Source: Octopus bimaculoides (lineage: Eukaryota). From it: a stretch of 34,720 nt of DNA. The position numbers were made by a program, and so were the translations under genes. This document shows positions 1 through 13,214 of the stretch, piece by piece (within the stretch, counting starts at the first letter, position 1; the number at the start of each line of letters is the position of its first letter). The notes under the pieces are model-generated. The model was not told the DNA's origin. It did no database searches and was given only the letters and a program-made list of their open reading frames with translations. Location: contig NC_068985.1 of assembly GCF_001194135.2 (NCBI RefSeq), forward strand, positions 116,292,557-116,327,276, given 5' to 3'.

Positions 1-38
<38 letters not shown>

Positions 39-365
39 CTTATATATATAGAGACAGATAGATAGATATAGATTTGTATGTATATTTACCCACATAAATA
101 TATATATATTCATGTATACACATATATAGATAGATATATGTGCATGCATTTTTGCATATATGTGTATGTATGTATGTATTAATATGTAGTTAGATGTATG
201 TATACACACATACGCATAAGTGTATGCTTATTCAAAATGTCTGTAGTATGTATATTATGTACATGCGTATATACACACACGTGTGTATGCTTTTTTGTGA
301 GATTATGTATATGCGATTTCGATAGTATTATACGCATGCACGTGTATGTATGTATGTATATATAT

Positions 366-412
<47 letters not shown>
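1..412. repeat. (TA)n/(TATG)n microsatellite field, representative of many (TA)n, (GT)n and (CA)n runs throughout the window
   Basis: Direct reading. Most assembly gaps are bordered by such runs. Confidence 0.9.
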
Positions 413-1552
413 NNNNNNNNNNNNNNNNNNNNNNNNNNNNNNNNNNNNNNNNNNNNNNNNNNNNNNNNNNNNNNNNNNNNNNNNNNNNNNNNNNNNNNNN
501 NNNNNNNNNNNNNNNNNNNNNNNNNNNNNNNNNNNNNNNNNNNNNNNNNNNNNNNNNNNNNNNNNNNNNNNNNNNNNNNNNNNNNNNNNNNNNNNNNNNN
601 NNNNNNNNNNNNNNNNNNNNNNNNNNNNNNNNNNNNNNNNNNNNNNNNNNNNNNNNNNNNNNNNNNNNNNNNNNNNNNNNNNNNNNNNNNNNNNNNNNNN
701 NNNNNNNNNNNNNNNNNNNNNNNNNNNNNNNNNNNNNNNNNNNNNNNNNNNNNNNNNNNNNNNNNNNNNNNNNNNNNNNNNNNNNNNNNNNNNNNNNNNN
801 NNNNNNNNNNNNNNNNNNNNNNNNNNNNNNNNNNNNNNNNNNNNNNNNNNNNNNNNNNNNNNNNNNNNNNNNNNNNNNNNNNNNNNNNNNNNNNNNNNNN
901 NNNNNNNNNNNNNNNNNNNNNNNNNNNNNNNNNNNNNNNNNNNNNNNNNNNNNNNNNNNNNNNNNNNNNNNNNNNNNNNNNNNNNNNNNNNNNNNNNNNN
1001 NNNNNNNNNNNNNNNNNNNNNNNNNNNNNNNNNNNNNNNNNNNNNNNNNNNNNNNNNNNNNNNATATATATATATATATATACACATATTCGTACATGTA
1101 CATAAAGTAATTCTCACAAAATACATTAGAACCATAATAACGCTAACCCTCTCCCTGTGACGCCATTATCTCACATTTTACTGTCATACACCAAATTTTT
1201 GTTTGTTTCAAAACCCTGGTTTAGTTTCCTGTGTAACATCCTATATTATGTTTCGAGTTGCATAACGTCTCTAGTACTTAGTTGTTATGACATTAAATGC
1301 TGAAAAATCTTGCCTTGCACAAGTTGATAATTGAAAATGACAGGAGCATTTTGAAAGCCTGAATGCCCGATCCCAAACCTCAACCCGATTTTATTTCTAC
1401 TTTAGTATGAAGAAGAATATGTTCAGAGCTTCAGTGTTTTATCCTAAATTGGCAGTGAAGGCTGTTATCATAGTGGATTTCGATGAGCTGTTCTTAGAGA
1501 TTGAAAGGAAAATTGCCATTGCATCTTGGCATATCTTTTACGTTGACTTCAA

Positions 1553-1577
1553 ATGGATTTTACACAAGCAACCGCAT
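1553..1577 (+). CDS. Candidate first coding exon (MDFTQATA + 1 nt) of an unrecognised multi-exon gene
   Basis: ATG at 1553 (caaATGG), in-frame TGA just upstream, donor CAT|gtaagc at 1577/1578. A strong acceptor (ttttatttctacttttag, 1405) could define the exon 5' edge. Its phase 1 end fits the 2989 exon. Confidence 0.4.
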
Positions 1578-1617
1578 GTAAGCAAATACTTTTACACTTA
1601 CACACACATTCTTACGT

Positions 1618-1660
<43 letters not shown>

Positions 1661-1984
1661 TGAACATATATATAGAAGCAGCTGTAGGTGTTACCATTCT
1701 ATGACATATAATGTTAATATTTATCACATATTGTTATGGCTGTCAGTTGACAGAAGGATAAGCGAATGACCTGAATGTCCAACGATAATTCATCTATTCT
1801 CATTCCTTTTTGAGTTGAAATGGTGTTGGAGACTGCTGTTCTCTTTCATGCCACTTTTATTGGCAAAGAAATTTTCTAGTGCCATACAAGGACGCAGTGA
1901 ATCGACTTTATTTCCTTGAGTGTGTGTGTCATTGTTCCTGAACAGTCATCAAAGAATTCGACAACTTCCTAATGGAAAAGTTGA

Positions 1985-2045
1985 TCTAACCCCAACCCTG
2001 GCCCTAATTCTAACCCCCAAACCTAACCTTTACCCTAACCCAACC
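1985..2045 (+). repeat. Degenerate (CCCTAA)-like hexamer run
   Basis: ctaaccccaaccctggccctaattctaacccccaaacctaacctttaccctaacccaacc. Confidence 0.5.
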
Positions 2046-2988
2046 TGACAATTTTTTCCCGGCTCCTATGACCTACGAAAAAGCACGAACATTATAACTT
2101 GTTATTTGCATTTTCGGCATTAATATTAAAGTAATTTGTACTGAGTTAATGTGCAGTAGTGTAAATGATAAGTTCAAACTGAGTTTTATTACACGATTCT
2201 TCGTCGATTCATGGCAGAATCAGTATTACTATGTGTTACAAATATATCACTAACTGCATTGGAAAGTATATATAAACACCCGAACTTCAACATATTCTTT
2301 AGCAGCACCAGCTTTTCTCACTTTAACAATTTCCCAGCAAATAGTTCTTGTACCTAGTTGAAAAAAATGAACATTGAAAGAATAAGGGCCACGTTATTTC
2401 TCTTTGCAATAAATCCAGACATCGATGAGGATACATAAAACATCTTTTACGGAAATCATTTTTCACTTAAAAAACTCTGGCTTTAGTATTAAAATATTTT
2501 GATCCTTGGATAATGCAAATTACTTTCAAACACAGAACAGAAATATTTCGATACAAGACTTATTTTGCGGAGAACATTCAACATTTTTCCTGCGACTAAT
2601 TATCTTTAGATTCATTTGTAATTAGATAAGAATATTCGTCTTTCTATTTTACTTAGTGACCACGTATTTTACTAAACGAAAATGTGATTTGGAATATTAC
2701 GTCTTCATCAGAGCCGTCTGGGCTGTACATGTATGATGCGCTGTTTAAATGAGTTTCATCCATTTTCTCTCTATGTATATACGCATGATTATACATACAG
2801 ACATGCATAAATACATAAACACCTGTTAAAATGCATGTATATGTTTCCTCTTTCTTTTCTTTTCTGTTTTTTTTTTAAAGAAAGAGTAATGTAATTAGTA
2901 TTAAATTTAAGAAATCAAGGAGGCAACTTCTTTTATCTATTTTTCAATTCATTTAAGTATTAACTAATCGTTTTTTCGCCATCTACAG

Positions 2989-3026
2989 ATGCATTTTTGT
3001 ACTTGTATCTCCTTCAGTATAGCTCA
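2989..3026 (+). CDS. Candidate coding exon, 38 nt, phase 1 to 0 ((Y)AFLYLYLLQYSS)
   Basis: Branch-like CTAAT, then ttttttcgccatctacag acceptor; donor TCA|gtaagt; hydrophobic peptide. Confidence 0.5.
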
Positions 3027-3224
3027 GTAAGTATTTATTGTAGTTCGAGACAATGGCAGATTTTTATTGCAATTTTCGAATTATTTATGTCACCATATTT
3101 CTAGGGATAAATAAATACGGATCAGGATACACGTTCATGTTAAAATGGTACCATAAGCATGACTTATAAAAGGACTGGGAAGACTAAAATGACCTTTCTT
3201 CAAATGCTCGTTTTGTAATAACAG

Positions 3225-3285
3225 ATCACTGGCATATTAAACCGAATCTGCTTTACAGATCTCTCGCCTTTTGTTGAGAAACTAG
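3225..3285 (+). CDS. Candidate coding exon, 61 nt, phase 0 to 1 (ITGILNRICFTDLSPFVEKL)
   Basis: Acceptor cgttttgtaataacag, donor TAG|gtaaga, open in the phase left by the 2989-3026 exon. An alternative acceptor (ctttacag, 3258) also exists. Confidence 0.5.
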
Positions 3286-3346
3286 GTAAGACAATTTTCC
3301 TTTATATGGCTACTCTGGTAATGGTGGTGGTGGGGATGGTGGGGAT

Positions 3347-3385
<39 letters not shown>

Positions 3386-3732
3386 TCCCGACTTTCAGTT
3401 CGTGCTTCACAGCGTTCATATACATATAATTTTTCACGTCTGGCCGCATAGTCTTTTCCGTTTGTTTTCCTGTCTTGTTTTCTTTTCCGTTTGTTTTTCT
3501 GTCTTGTTTTTTGTCCGCCACTACATTCCTCCATGGCACAGGTTTAATTTGTGTATACAAATTTAATTTGTGGTCCATGGGAAGAACCGTTTTAACGATG
3601 CGTCCTGCCCAACTCTTCGAAACGCCAGTGTTAAAATGGGNNNNNNNNNNCGCCTTTTGTTGAGAAACTAGGTAAGACAATTTTCCTTTATATGGCTACT
3701 CTGGTAATGGTGGTGGTGGGGATGGTGGGGAT

Positions 3733-3790
<58 letters not shown>

Positions 3791-3791
3791 T
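3265..3791 (+). repeat. Direct duplication across a 10-N gap (3265-3382 and 3651-3791)
   Basis: Identical cgccttttgttgagaaactaggtaag...gggatacttta(TA)n at offset 386. Confidence 0.9.
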
Positions 3792-4229
3792 CATTTATCT
3801 GTCGCTGCCGCCTATCCTTTCCTCCAATCCAGCGACGTATGTTTTCCCAGACGAACAGTTAAGCCGGTAGACAATACAAATACCAGATCTATAAATATGG
3901 CCGCTGAACATATTGGGAGCCAGGAGATTTTTGAGGAATTTGATGTCATTGTTTTATTTTTTATTTTTTTGTGAATTAATATTCTTTGCACCCCAGGTAA
4001 ACAGTCAGGTGTTAATTCTGGTCTTTTTCGTAATTTATTGCAAAATATCTACCCGCTATTGCTTCGAGTGTACTAGTAAAGTACTTTCATCGCAAATTGA
4101 AGAATTCATCAAATTCTGGAAGCCCTGCAGTTGCTATGAAATTGATTCCGTTAGTAATTCCACCACTGGTTATATTAAACAATGCTTCAATTCTTATTGT
4201 CTTCATCATTATTCATCGTAATACACACG

Positions 4230-4349
4230 ACCACCATCACCCCCACCCCCATCATCATCATCATCTTTGTCATCGACAACATCAACATCATTATTATCAT
4301 TGCAATCGACATCACCATCATCATCATCATCATCATCATCTTCTTCTTC

Positions 4350-4382
<33 letters not shown>

Positions 4383-4472
4383 TTCTTCTTCTTCTTCTTC
4401 TTCTTCTTCTTCTTCTTCTTCTTCTTCATCAACATCATCTTCATCTTCTTCTTCATCTTCTTCTTCTTCTTC

Positions 4473-4503
<31 letters not shown>

Positions 4504-4529
4504 CATTATTATTATCATTATTATTATTA

Positions 4530-4569
<40 letters not shown>

Positions 4570-4584
4570 TATTATTATTATTAC

Positions 4585-4626
<42 letters not shown>

Positions 4627-4666
4627 CATCATCATCATCATCATCATCATCATCTCATCATCATCA

Positions 4667-4699
<33 letters not shown>

Positions 4700-4730
4700 G
4701 TGTTAGTATTATCATCATCATTGTTTCTTA
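4230..4730. repeat. Compound trinucleotide array (CAT)n/(CTT)n/(TAT)n
   Basis: Direct reading. Confidence 0.95.
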
Positions 4731-4869
4731 TTATCTCCGCGAACAATATGGATATAGATTAATTGAATATAAAATTAAACTCTTATTAATATTTATTTTC
4801 TTCTTATCCCTCTAGAGACAAGTACATAGTCCAAAGTAATTTGTAGCATTTTTGCCTCAGGTTAAATCA

Positions 4870-4914
4870 TTATTTTTGTTGTTATTGTTGTTATTATTAT
4901 TATTATTGTTGTTG

Positions 4915-4951
<37 letters not shown>

Positions 4952-5110
4952 CATTATTATTATCATTATTATGATTATTATTATTGCTGTTGTTGTTGAA
5001 AGTGGTGGTGGTGATGGTGGTGGTGGTTGTGGTGGTTGTGGTGGTGATGGTTGTGGTGGTGGTGGTGGTTGTGGTGGTGGTTGTGGTGGTGGTGGTATTT
5101 TTGTTATTAA
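4870..5110. repeat. Compound array (TTA)n/(TTG)n/(GGT)n
   Basis: Direct reading. Confidence 0.95.
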
Positions 5111-6558
5111 CATATTATTCATGTTTTCAGATAAATATCAGGTTCCCTTTCTTACATAGAAAATAATCAACTAAATTTTAGAAAACATGCATTAAATTTT
5201 CCGAGGTTAACATGTTGTTCCAACTCTTTTAATGATATTTACAAATTCTTGTATATTAATATTATCTGGAATAAACCTATCTTGTTTGCCCTTATAGCTA
5301 TTCTATCAATCATATTCTTTGTAAAACAACCACCGTCGTAAGTATTGTCTTGGCAAAATCCTACGTTTGTATTCCGTGTGGGATAGAAATAGCTGTAACA
5401 GCTGTATTATTTTCTTTGGCATAGAAGCCACACATGATTTGCGTTCCACAAATTATGACGAAATCTGTAGTCTGTGTCGGATTTTTTTTTTTTTTTTTGT
5501 ATGATCTTGAAGGTGTGTAGGAGTTTGAAGAGCAGATCGTTTTCCAAGTTTGCGCAGCTTAAAACAGAGGAATCTGTTTCAGCTTCTTTAAAAACCGTTT
5601 TTTAAAAGAGAACTTGATTTTAGATTGCGACGAAATTATTGAAAAATGAGCGAAATTGATAGTTGGGTTGTGGTGACTAATATGAGTAACCAGCTATTGC
5701 GGCACTAAAAACGCCAGCGAGGCATTTATGTATCAATTATCAGTATCAAAAAAGTGAATAGAACTTCGATATCGCCCATTGCTGGCAGTACCAGCACCAA
5801 ACATCTAAACTCCTGTTATAGTAGTTGTGGTGACAACATAAACATCTGCAGTCCAATTTCTAGTCTCGGGACACTTGAATTTAACATTGCCTAACCCCTC
5901 GGTCCATTTGGGGCTCCTGCTGAATATGCCGATGGCCAACGAGTATCCATCGATCTGATTTCTCTTCGAGATATTCAGAGGGCATTATCGTTTTTCTCTC
6001 CCTTCAACACGGCTGACTACTTTAAACTACTGCTGCCAGTTGACGAACTACAGAACTAGAAATATTCCACAAAGATAATCTAAAAGGCCAGCCTTATCAT
6101 AATTTGTGTCATGCTGAATCTCCCTGAGAGTACGCATGTATGTGGAATATTTAGCCACTTGGACTTAATTTCGTAAGCAAGCTAGTTTGCTTATCAGATC
6201 AACTTGAACACTCATCGTTGTAACACACGAACTGCAAGTGTGGTCCTCCATGTTTTTTTCTTTTTTTGTTCGGTTTGTTGTTTCTCTAGTGTCCTATTTT
6301 TGTTAGAAAATTTGACCCTTTCAAAATCCCAAATTTTGTTTTGGTTCGCAGGAGCAACTGTTTTTCAAAGCCTCATATTGTAGTTATTTGCTCGAAATAT
6401 GGAGTAGATGAACAGCCGACAACTGATGAAGGGTCTGTTTTCCATTTGTTTCTCTCGTTGTTCGCATACACAAGGTGGCCTTCATATTTCATGTTGTTTT
6501 CGTATTACATGTTGTTTACGTTTTGTGATGCCCTATACCATATATGCATATATATATT

Positions 6559-6600
<42 letters not shown>

Positions 6601-7461
6601 TATAAGTATGTACATATATGTATGNNNNNNNNNNNNNNNNNNNNNNNNNNNNNNNNNNNNNNNNNNNNNNNNNNNNNNNNNNNNNNNNNNNNNNNNNNNN
6701 NNNNNNNNNNNNNNNNNNNNNNNNNNNNNNNNNNNNNNNNNNNNNNNNNNNNNNNNNNNNNNNNNNNNNNNNNNNNNNNNNNNNNNNNNNNNNNNNNNNN
6801 NNNNNNNNNNNNNNNNNNNNNNNNNNNNNNNNNNNNNNNNNNNNNNNNNNNNNNNNNNNNNNNNNNNNNNNNNNNNNNNNNNNNNNNNNNNNNNNNNNNN
6901 NNNNNNNNNNNNNNNNNNNNNNNNNNNNNNNNNNNNNNNNNNNNNNNNNNNNNNNNNNNNNNNNNNNNNNNNNNNNNNNNNNNNNNNNNNNNNNNNNNNN
7001 NNNNNNNNNNNNNNNNNNNNNNNNNNNNNNNNNNNNNNNNNNNNNNNNNNNNNNNNNNNNNNNNNNNNNNNNNNNNNNNNNNNNNNNNNNNNNNNNNNNN
7101 NNNNNNNNNNNNNNNNNNNNNNNNNNNNNNNNNNNNNNNNNNNNNNNNNNNNNNNNNNNNNNNNNNNNNNNNNNNNNNNNNNNNNNNNNNNNNNNNNNNN
7201 NNNNNNNNNNNNNNNNNNNNNNNNNNNNNNNNNNNNNNNNNNNNNNNNNNNNNNNNNNNNNNNNNNNNNNNNNNNNNNNNNNNNNGTTTCACTCACCTCC
7301 AGTTTCATGCCAAATGTCTTGAGGCTTTGGAACTTTATCTGCTCATCCATGTGTGTGTGTGTGTGTGTGCGTGTGTGTGTGTCTGTGTGTGTGTGTGTGT
7401 GCTTGCTAGAGCGCGCGTCTGTATGTATGTCTGTACTGGTCGGCCCGGAAATGTAGACGAC

Positions 7462-7547
7462 GCTTGCCCAGGAAGCAATGCATTGGGATAGAACCTGAAA
7501 CTAAATGTTTGCAAAACGATCTGCTTAAATGTATAGCCATGACTGCG
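7462..7547 (-). mobile_element. Highly decayed SINE head remnant
   Basis: cttgcccaggaagcaatgcattgggatagaacc...tagccatgactgc follows the layout of the reverse-strand SINE head at 14700-14796. Confidence 0.4.
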
Positions 7548-8019
7548 ATTATAATTAGCTGTAATTTCCATTTTAACAACAACCAGGACCAACTTGTTAG
7601 TTCTGTTAAAATAACTTGGTTGTTGTTGTTGTTGTTGTTGTTGTCGTTGTTTAACAGACACGAGACAAGAGACGCTTCAGCTGTGATTATTCCCATCTTC
7701 TGCCTAGACATGGCTGCAAAGTCCTGACAACATTATCAAATCAAACATGTCCTTCATAGAACGAGAGAAATTTAATTTCTGAAAGATCGATAGACGCTAT
7801 GAAGGCATCGGCGTTCATTTGCAGGCTGTTGTATTGATGGTGCATGGATTCGGGATCATTAATCTCATTATTACGTTTTTAACATAGACCATACATTCCA
7901 AGTTGATAAATACCCAACGCCCCCCCCCCCCGCAAAACACGTGAAAATTATGTAATCTATGGCGCCCCTCCGACAAAATACGGAGACATATGCACATGTG
8001 AAAAATAATTGATAAACTA

Positions 8020-8093
8020 CTATCATTACTATCATCATCATCACCACCACCATTATCATCACCATCAACATCATCATCATCATCATCATCATC

Positions 8094-8126
<33 letters not shown>

Positions 8127-8422
8127 TTTATCATCATCATCATCATCATTATCATCTTCATCATCATCATTATTATCATCATTTTCATCATCATCATCAC
8201 CATCATCAACAACTTCATCATCATCATCATCATCATCATCAGTAGCAGCATTAGCAGCATCGTCATCATCACCATCATCATCATCATCATCGTCGTCGTC
8301 GACATCATCATCATCGTCATCATCATCGTCGTCATCATCGTCGTCGTCATCATCATCATCGTCATCATCATCGTAGTCATCATCATCGTCGTCGTCGTCA
8401 CCATCATCATGATCATCATCAC

Positions 8423-8470
<48 letters not shown>

Positions 8471-8505
8471 TATCGTCATCAACATCGTCATCAACAACAT
8501 CAGCA
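8020..8505. repeat. Compound array (CAT)n/(CAC)n/(CGT)n
   Basis: Direct reading. Confidence 0.95.
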
Positions 8506-8853
8506 ACAAAACATATGCCAAAGCAGCTTATTATTTTCGGCAGGTTACCCCGATACTAATAAATGTTGTAGTACATTTGCAGTATTATATCATTGTAATC
8601 AAATAAGTGTAGATAAAGGATTTTTATGCAAAAAACAAAACAAAAAGAAAGCAAATAAACAGTGAGGTCTGAATGCTTTGATAACAGTTGAGGCCGTAAA
8701 CGGATTACAAAATATTGTTTGTGTAGCATAAAACATACGTGAGCGAGTGTTTTTGAGTGGAATGTGTGTGTGTATGTGTGTGTATTGTATGTTTAATATA
8801 TATGCATGTGTGTGTCTATGTCTGTACATGTGTGTGTGTAATTACAAACACAA

Positions 8854-8914
<61 letters not shown>

Positions 8915-9021
8915 TANNNNNNNNNNNNNNNNNNNNNNNNNNNNNNNNNNNNNNNNNNNNNNNNNNNNNNNNNNNNNNNNNNNNNNNNNNNNNNNNNNNN
9001 NNNNNNNNNNNNNNNNNNNNN

Positions 9022-9057
<36 letters not shown>

Positions 9058-10803
9058 GAACACACTGGCCAACATTTATGAGTTTGTTATCGGAATAGCG
9101 ATGTTATTATCTATTATTATCCAGTCAGGGACAGTAAATTTTCATTTTGGGTAAAATAAATATTATCTACTTAAAAACAGATATGAATTGTTTCATATAA
9201 CAAAAGATATATGTGTGTGTGTGTGTGTGTGTGCGTGTGTGTGTGTGTTTGTATGCATGTGTGTGTGTATGTATGTATATGTGTGTACATGCGTGTATGT
9301 GTATGCATTTATGTATATATACACATACACGCACAAAGAAACTGAAGGACAAAAAGAGAGATATATTGCTAGATATTGATAAATATGAGTGTATCACTGT
9401 GTGTATACGCAGTTCTGCAGAAAACAGAGAAGAATCAATTCATTCCATACTAGCAGAATACATCCTCGTAAGGTTTTTAGAAAGAAAACCTAAAACCGTG
9501 AACGAAGGATTTAATATAATTTCAAACACAGAACATATTGTAGGTATCCTTCGCCTTATAATAATATTTTGCTCTGATTGTTGTGACTTTATAACCAAAC
9601 GCCAAATATCATACATGGCAAACGCGAGGAGGCATGACAATCACGAAGAGACACATTCTAACTACTTATGAGCGCTCCGATAGCTGACGTCCTTCATCCA
9701 CTTTCACACCCACGTATACACAGAATGTTATATATAAATTGTAAATATTGGATGAAGATGATTGCGAAATTAATGATTAAATTTGAAGCGTAAACATTTG
9801 AGATATAATTTCTGATAAATTATTTGTCCCTACTTGTAACGGATTAAATGGAAGTTCGATATTGTATACTTTACATAGATTTTTTTTCTTTTTTTACGAT
9901 TCTTTTGTCTTGCGTAACCATTAAACCCATTTTCGATAACGATTTAAGTTTTCCTATTCAGGATTTAATGTTATATTTCTTGTCATTCGTAGAGAATTTT
10001 TCTTTAATTATTATATTCTTCTAAGTGATAACCTAAACACAATTTTTCGGAAATTATCATTATCTTCAGGAGGAGCGCGCAAAAGAGCGAGAACAATAAC
10101 GCATCTATTCATTCTTAATACATTTTGGCAGATTAGAAAGCAAATGTCTGATCTCTGTTGCTATTCGTCATCGGAAAAGACCTTTTCAACTTAGGTGATG
10201 AGTGGTCACAAAATATGCGATCCTCCAGTTAAAGCGTAGTTTGATATGACACAGTGTTTCGGTTTCGTTGTGTTTTCTCAGTCGAAGTCACCCTGCCGGA
10301 CCGATGAATCGCTCAAGAGAATGTTCTGTACAGTAATCAGCTAACAAATTGTTTGTTGGCGCATAATAATTCATGAAGTGCTTACAGCAGAATGAGAATT
10401 CAAACAATAACGTGCCTATTAACTCTATACGTCCTGGCAGGTTTAAACTTGAATATCTAATGCCTATTGTTTTCCGTCATCGGAGAACATCTCGCCTCTT
10501 TACGCGATTGTTAAACACATCAAGGTCGAAGCACGTTGATGTCTCAGTGAGCCTTTTCTTCGCTGAATTGCATACCTAAAATCAAAAAGTCTTGTCATAT
10601 TGATAGCGACCGGTTTGAACTATATTATGACGAACTTAAATAAATCTCAAAGAAGATCGTATTTAGGTGTCTGTGAATAAGTATTTGTAATTCAGTTTCA
10701 AAGAAAGACAAGTAATAACTACTGCCAGTTATTACCACAAACAATTTCCTGTATTTAGCGTATTTATTTCTTTATTCATTTCATTCGACAAACGCATATA
10801 TAC

Positions 10804-10888
<85 letters not shown>

Positions 10889-11299
10889 TATATAGATAGA
10901 TAGATATATAGATAGATAGATATAGATATAGATATACGAGTGTTGTGTATANNNNNNNNNNNNNNNNNNNNNNNNNNNNNNNNNNNNNNNNNNNNNNNNN
11001 NNNNNNNNNNNNNNNNNNNNNNNNNNNNNNNNNNNNNNNNNNNNNNNNNNNNNNNNNNNNNNNNTATATATATATTCCTAAAATTTCTCTAATATTTATC
11101 AAATTATTTCCAATCAATATCACGATGATTGAAAGATCTATGTTCATGATTATATTTTACAATAATAAAATATATGAGAAATACGAAACGCATTGCGTGT
11201 TTTTATAAGTGTTTATGTGTCTGTCAGTTTGTGTGTGTGTGTATGTAGGAATGTATCAAATTCGTTAAAATTTGCAAGCAATATTTTTACACAGTGACT

Positions 11300-11520
11300 G
11301 AGATGGCTTGTTTACAGAATCGTTAGTCTGAGGGACAAAACACTCAAAGGGTATTTTATCCATCTTTATGCTCTGAGTTCAAATTCCTTCTAGGCCGTCT
11401 TTTACTTTCATCCATTTAGGGTTCGATAAAATAAGGACCAGTTGAACACCGGGTCGATGTAACTGACTTATTACCTACCGCGAAATTGCGGGCCTTGAGC
11501 CAAGATTAGAAGCCATTATT
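11300..11520 (+). mobile_element. SINE family A, diverged copy
   Basis: Colinear with the copies at 19601, 22122, 24676 and 33672 (cagaatcgttag, tgagttcaaatt, tttcatcc..gg.tcgataaa, ggtcgatgtaa, gggccttg). Confidence 0.75.
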
Positions 11521-11666
11521 TTCGAAGTTCAAAGTTACTATCAAACTTTTCTTGGTAATAATTAATATATATATTTTATCGTTAAATGCTAAATGTTTGA
11601 ATAACATAAATAAAACATATATGTGTGTGCTTGTGTGTACATATGTACGCATGTGTATATGCATGT

Positions 11667-11718
<52 letters not shown>

Positions 11719-11719
11719 A

Positions 11720-12201
11720 CTAGCCTTGAAGCCGCCATTCAGGCGGCATTCAGATTAGCTTTTGTGGAGGGCACCTTTGAGGGCACTATTGCGGCGCTTC
11801 GCGGCCCTCTGCCCTCGTGTAATGAAATTTATTTCTACAAAAGTGCTAAGCACTAACGCTGATCATAGTTTAAACAATAAACGCAGGAGCGAGGTAAATG
11901 CAGTGGGGCGTTATTTAAGCGACCCTTTAGAAATTGAACCTCCTGATGATACTTCCTGGGAGTTCATGGTATGAAATTCATTGTCGCTGCTCCAGATTGG
12001 TTCAAAATGCAGTAAAAATAGGGGTGGCATCATTGCTGCCCCAATTAGTCGGCCCTTAGATAAATAGACCCATTAGTACATTCCCTACGATTAGGGGAGT
12101 TGCTAGTTTGAGATTCGTTGTCCTTGCCCCAACTATCTGGGAGGAGTTAACGAACATAAAAACGTAACAAACAAACAAGACTCAAATTTATATTAAGAAG
12201 A
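11720..12201 (-). mobile_element. Non-autonomous Helitron (canonical termini)
   Basis: On the minus strand: 5' A|TC (ATCttcttaatataaatttgagtcttgtttgtttgttacg), 3' GC hairpin gccgcc-tgaat-ggcggc (11731-11747), 7 nt spacer, then CTAG|T (11723-11719). Inserted between A and T with no TSD. Confidence 0.75.
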
Positions 12202-12336
12202 TCTTTATTATTAAAGCAGCAAAAACTTCATAAAAATGTCACAAGTTTTAAATATATTTAGATGCGTACACACGTTATGGTGTATATATGCTTCTTTATG
12301 TGTATATATTTGTGTGTTTATGTGTATATATGTATG

Positions 12337-12395
<59 letters not shown>

Positions 12396-12909
12396 NNNNN
12401 NNNNNCTTAAAAGAGTTCCAACACTGTCTGTTTTTTATGTTTTATTTATATTCCTGCAGAACTAATGTGGGGTATAGAATATGGAATATACAATATATAA
12501 TATGATATACAATATACAATATAAAATAAAATAAAATAAAAATGGATGGCACCATGAAAGAAAGTATTGAATGTAGATGAAATATTGAGTGTTCAGTATA
12601 AAGGATCAAATATATAAATATATAAATATAAATATATATATATAAAGGCGACTCGAGTTTCAGGGCTATTTCCCTTCGTCATGGCCGGTATGACAGACTT
12701 TAACAGACTGTCTGTTATATATATATATATGCGCATATGTTTATTTGTATATTTGTATGCGCGTGTACATGTGTGTTACTATTGTATATATTTATGTAGA
12801 TATGCATGTCTTTTCCTAAGTGCGTTTACATGCTTATAAATAATGGCTTTAACGTAACTTAGTGTTACATATCTTTGGGAACGTTATTTTCAAATTATTT
12901 TCTCTTTCG

Positions 12910-12950
<41 letters not shown>

Positions 12951-12960
12951 NNNNNNNNNN

Positions 12961-13001
<41 letters not shown>

Positions 13002-13214
13002 CATTTATATTTTGCTTGTATATATTTGCATATATGTATGTATGCATGTATCAACGTTTGTATGTTTAGTGTGTATATATATATATGTATGGATATGTTT
13101 ATTGTGTGTATGTGTAAGTGAATGCTTGTATACATTTGCATGTGAACAATGTGCGTTAATTTTTATACTATTAGATTCCTGTAAGTGAGTATTTTATTAT
13201 AATTAGACTTTTAT

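Noticed and set aside
1985-2045. Telomere or chromosome end
   Set aside because: Short, highly degenerate and internal; at most an interstitial or TE-borne hexamer run.
3255-3285. LSPFVEKLE resembling the Fax/metaxin GST-N motif SPFxxKLE
   Set aside because: The following sequence lacks the expected TxLR/PY pattern; too short to assign a family.
4097-4815. Poly-His/Leu/Ile/Ser ORFs (also 7871-8606, 24976-25939, 27182-28004)
   Set aside because: Translations of trinucleotide microsatellites, open in several frames at once.
9421-10099. Alternative ending ENREESIHSILAEYIL + EERAKEREQ*
   Set aside because: Weak acceptor at 9420, and the second piece overlaps an old local duplication. Kept only as an alternative to test.
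12683-12720. Small hairpins gtcat..atgac and taacagac-t-gtctgtta
   Set aside because: Stems of 5-8 bp are expected by chance and have no supporting element structure.
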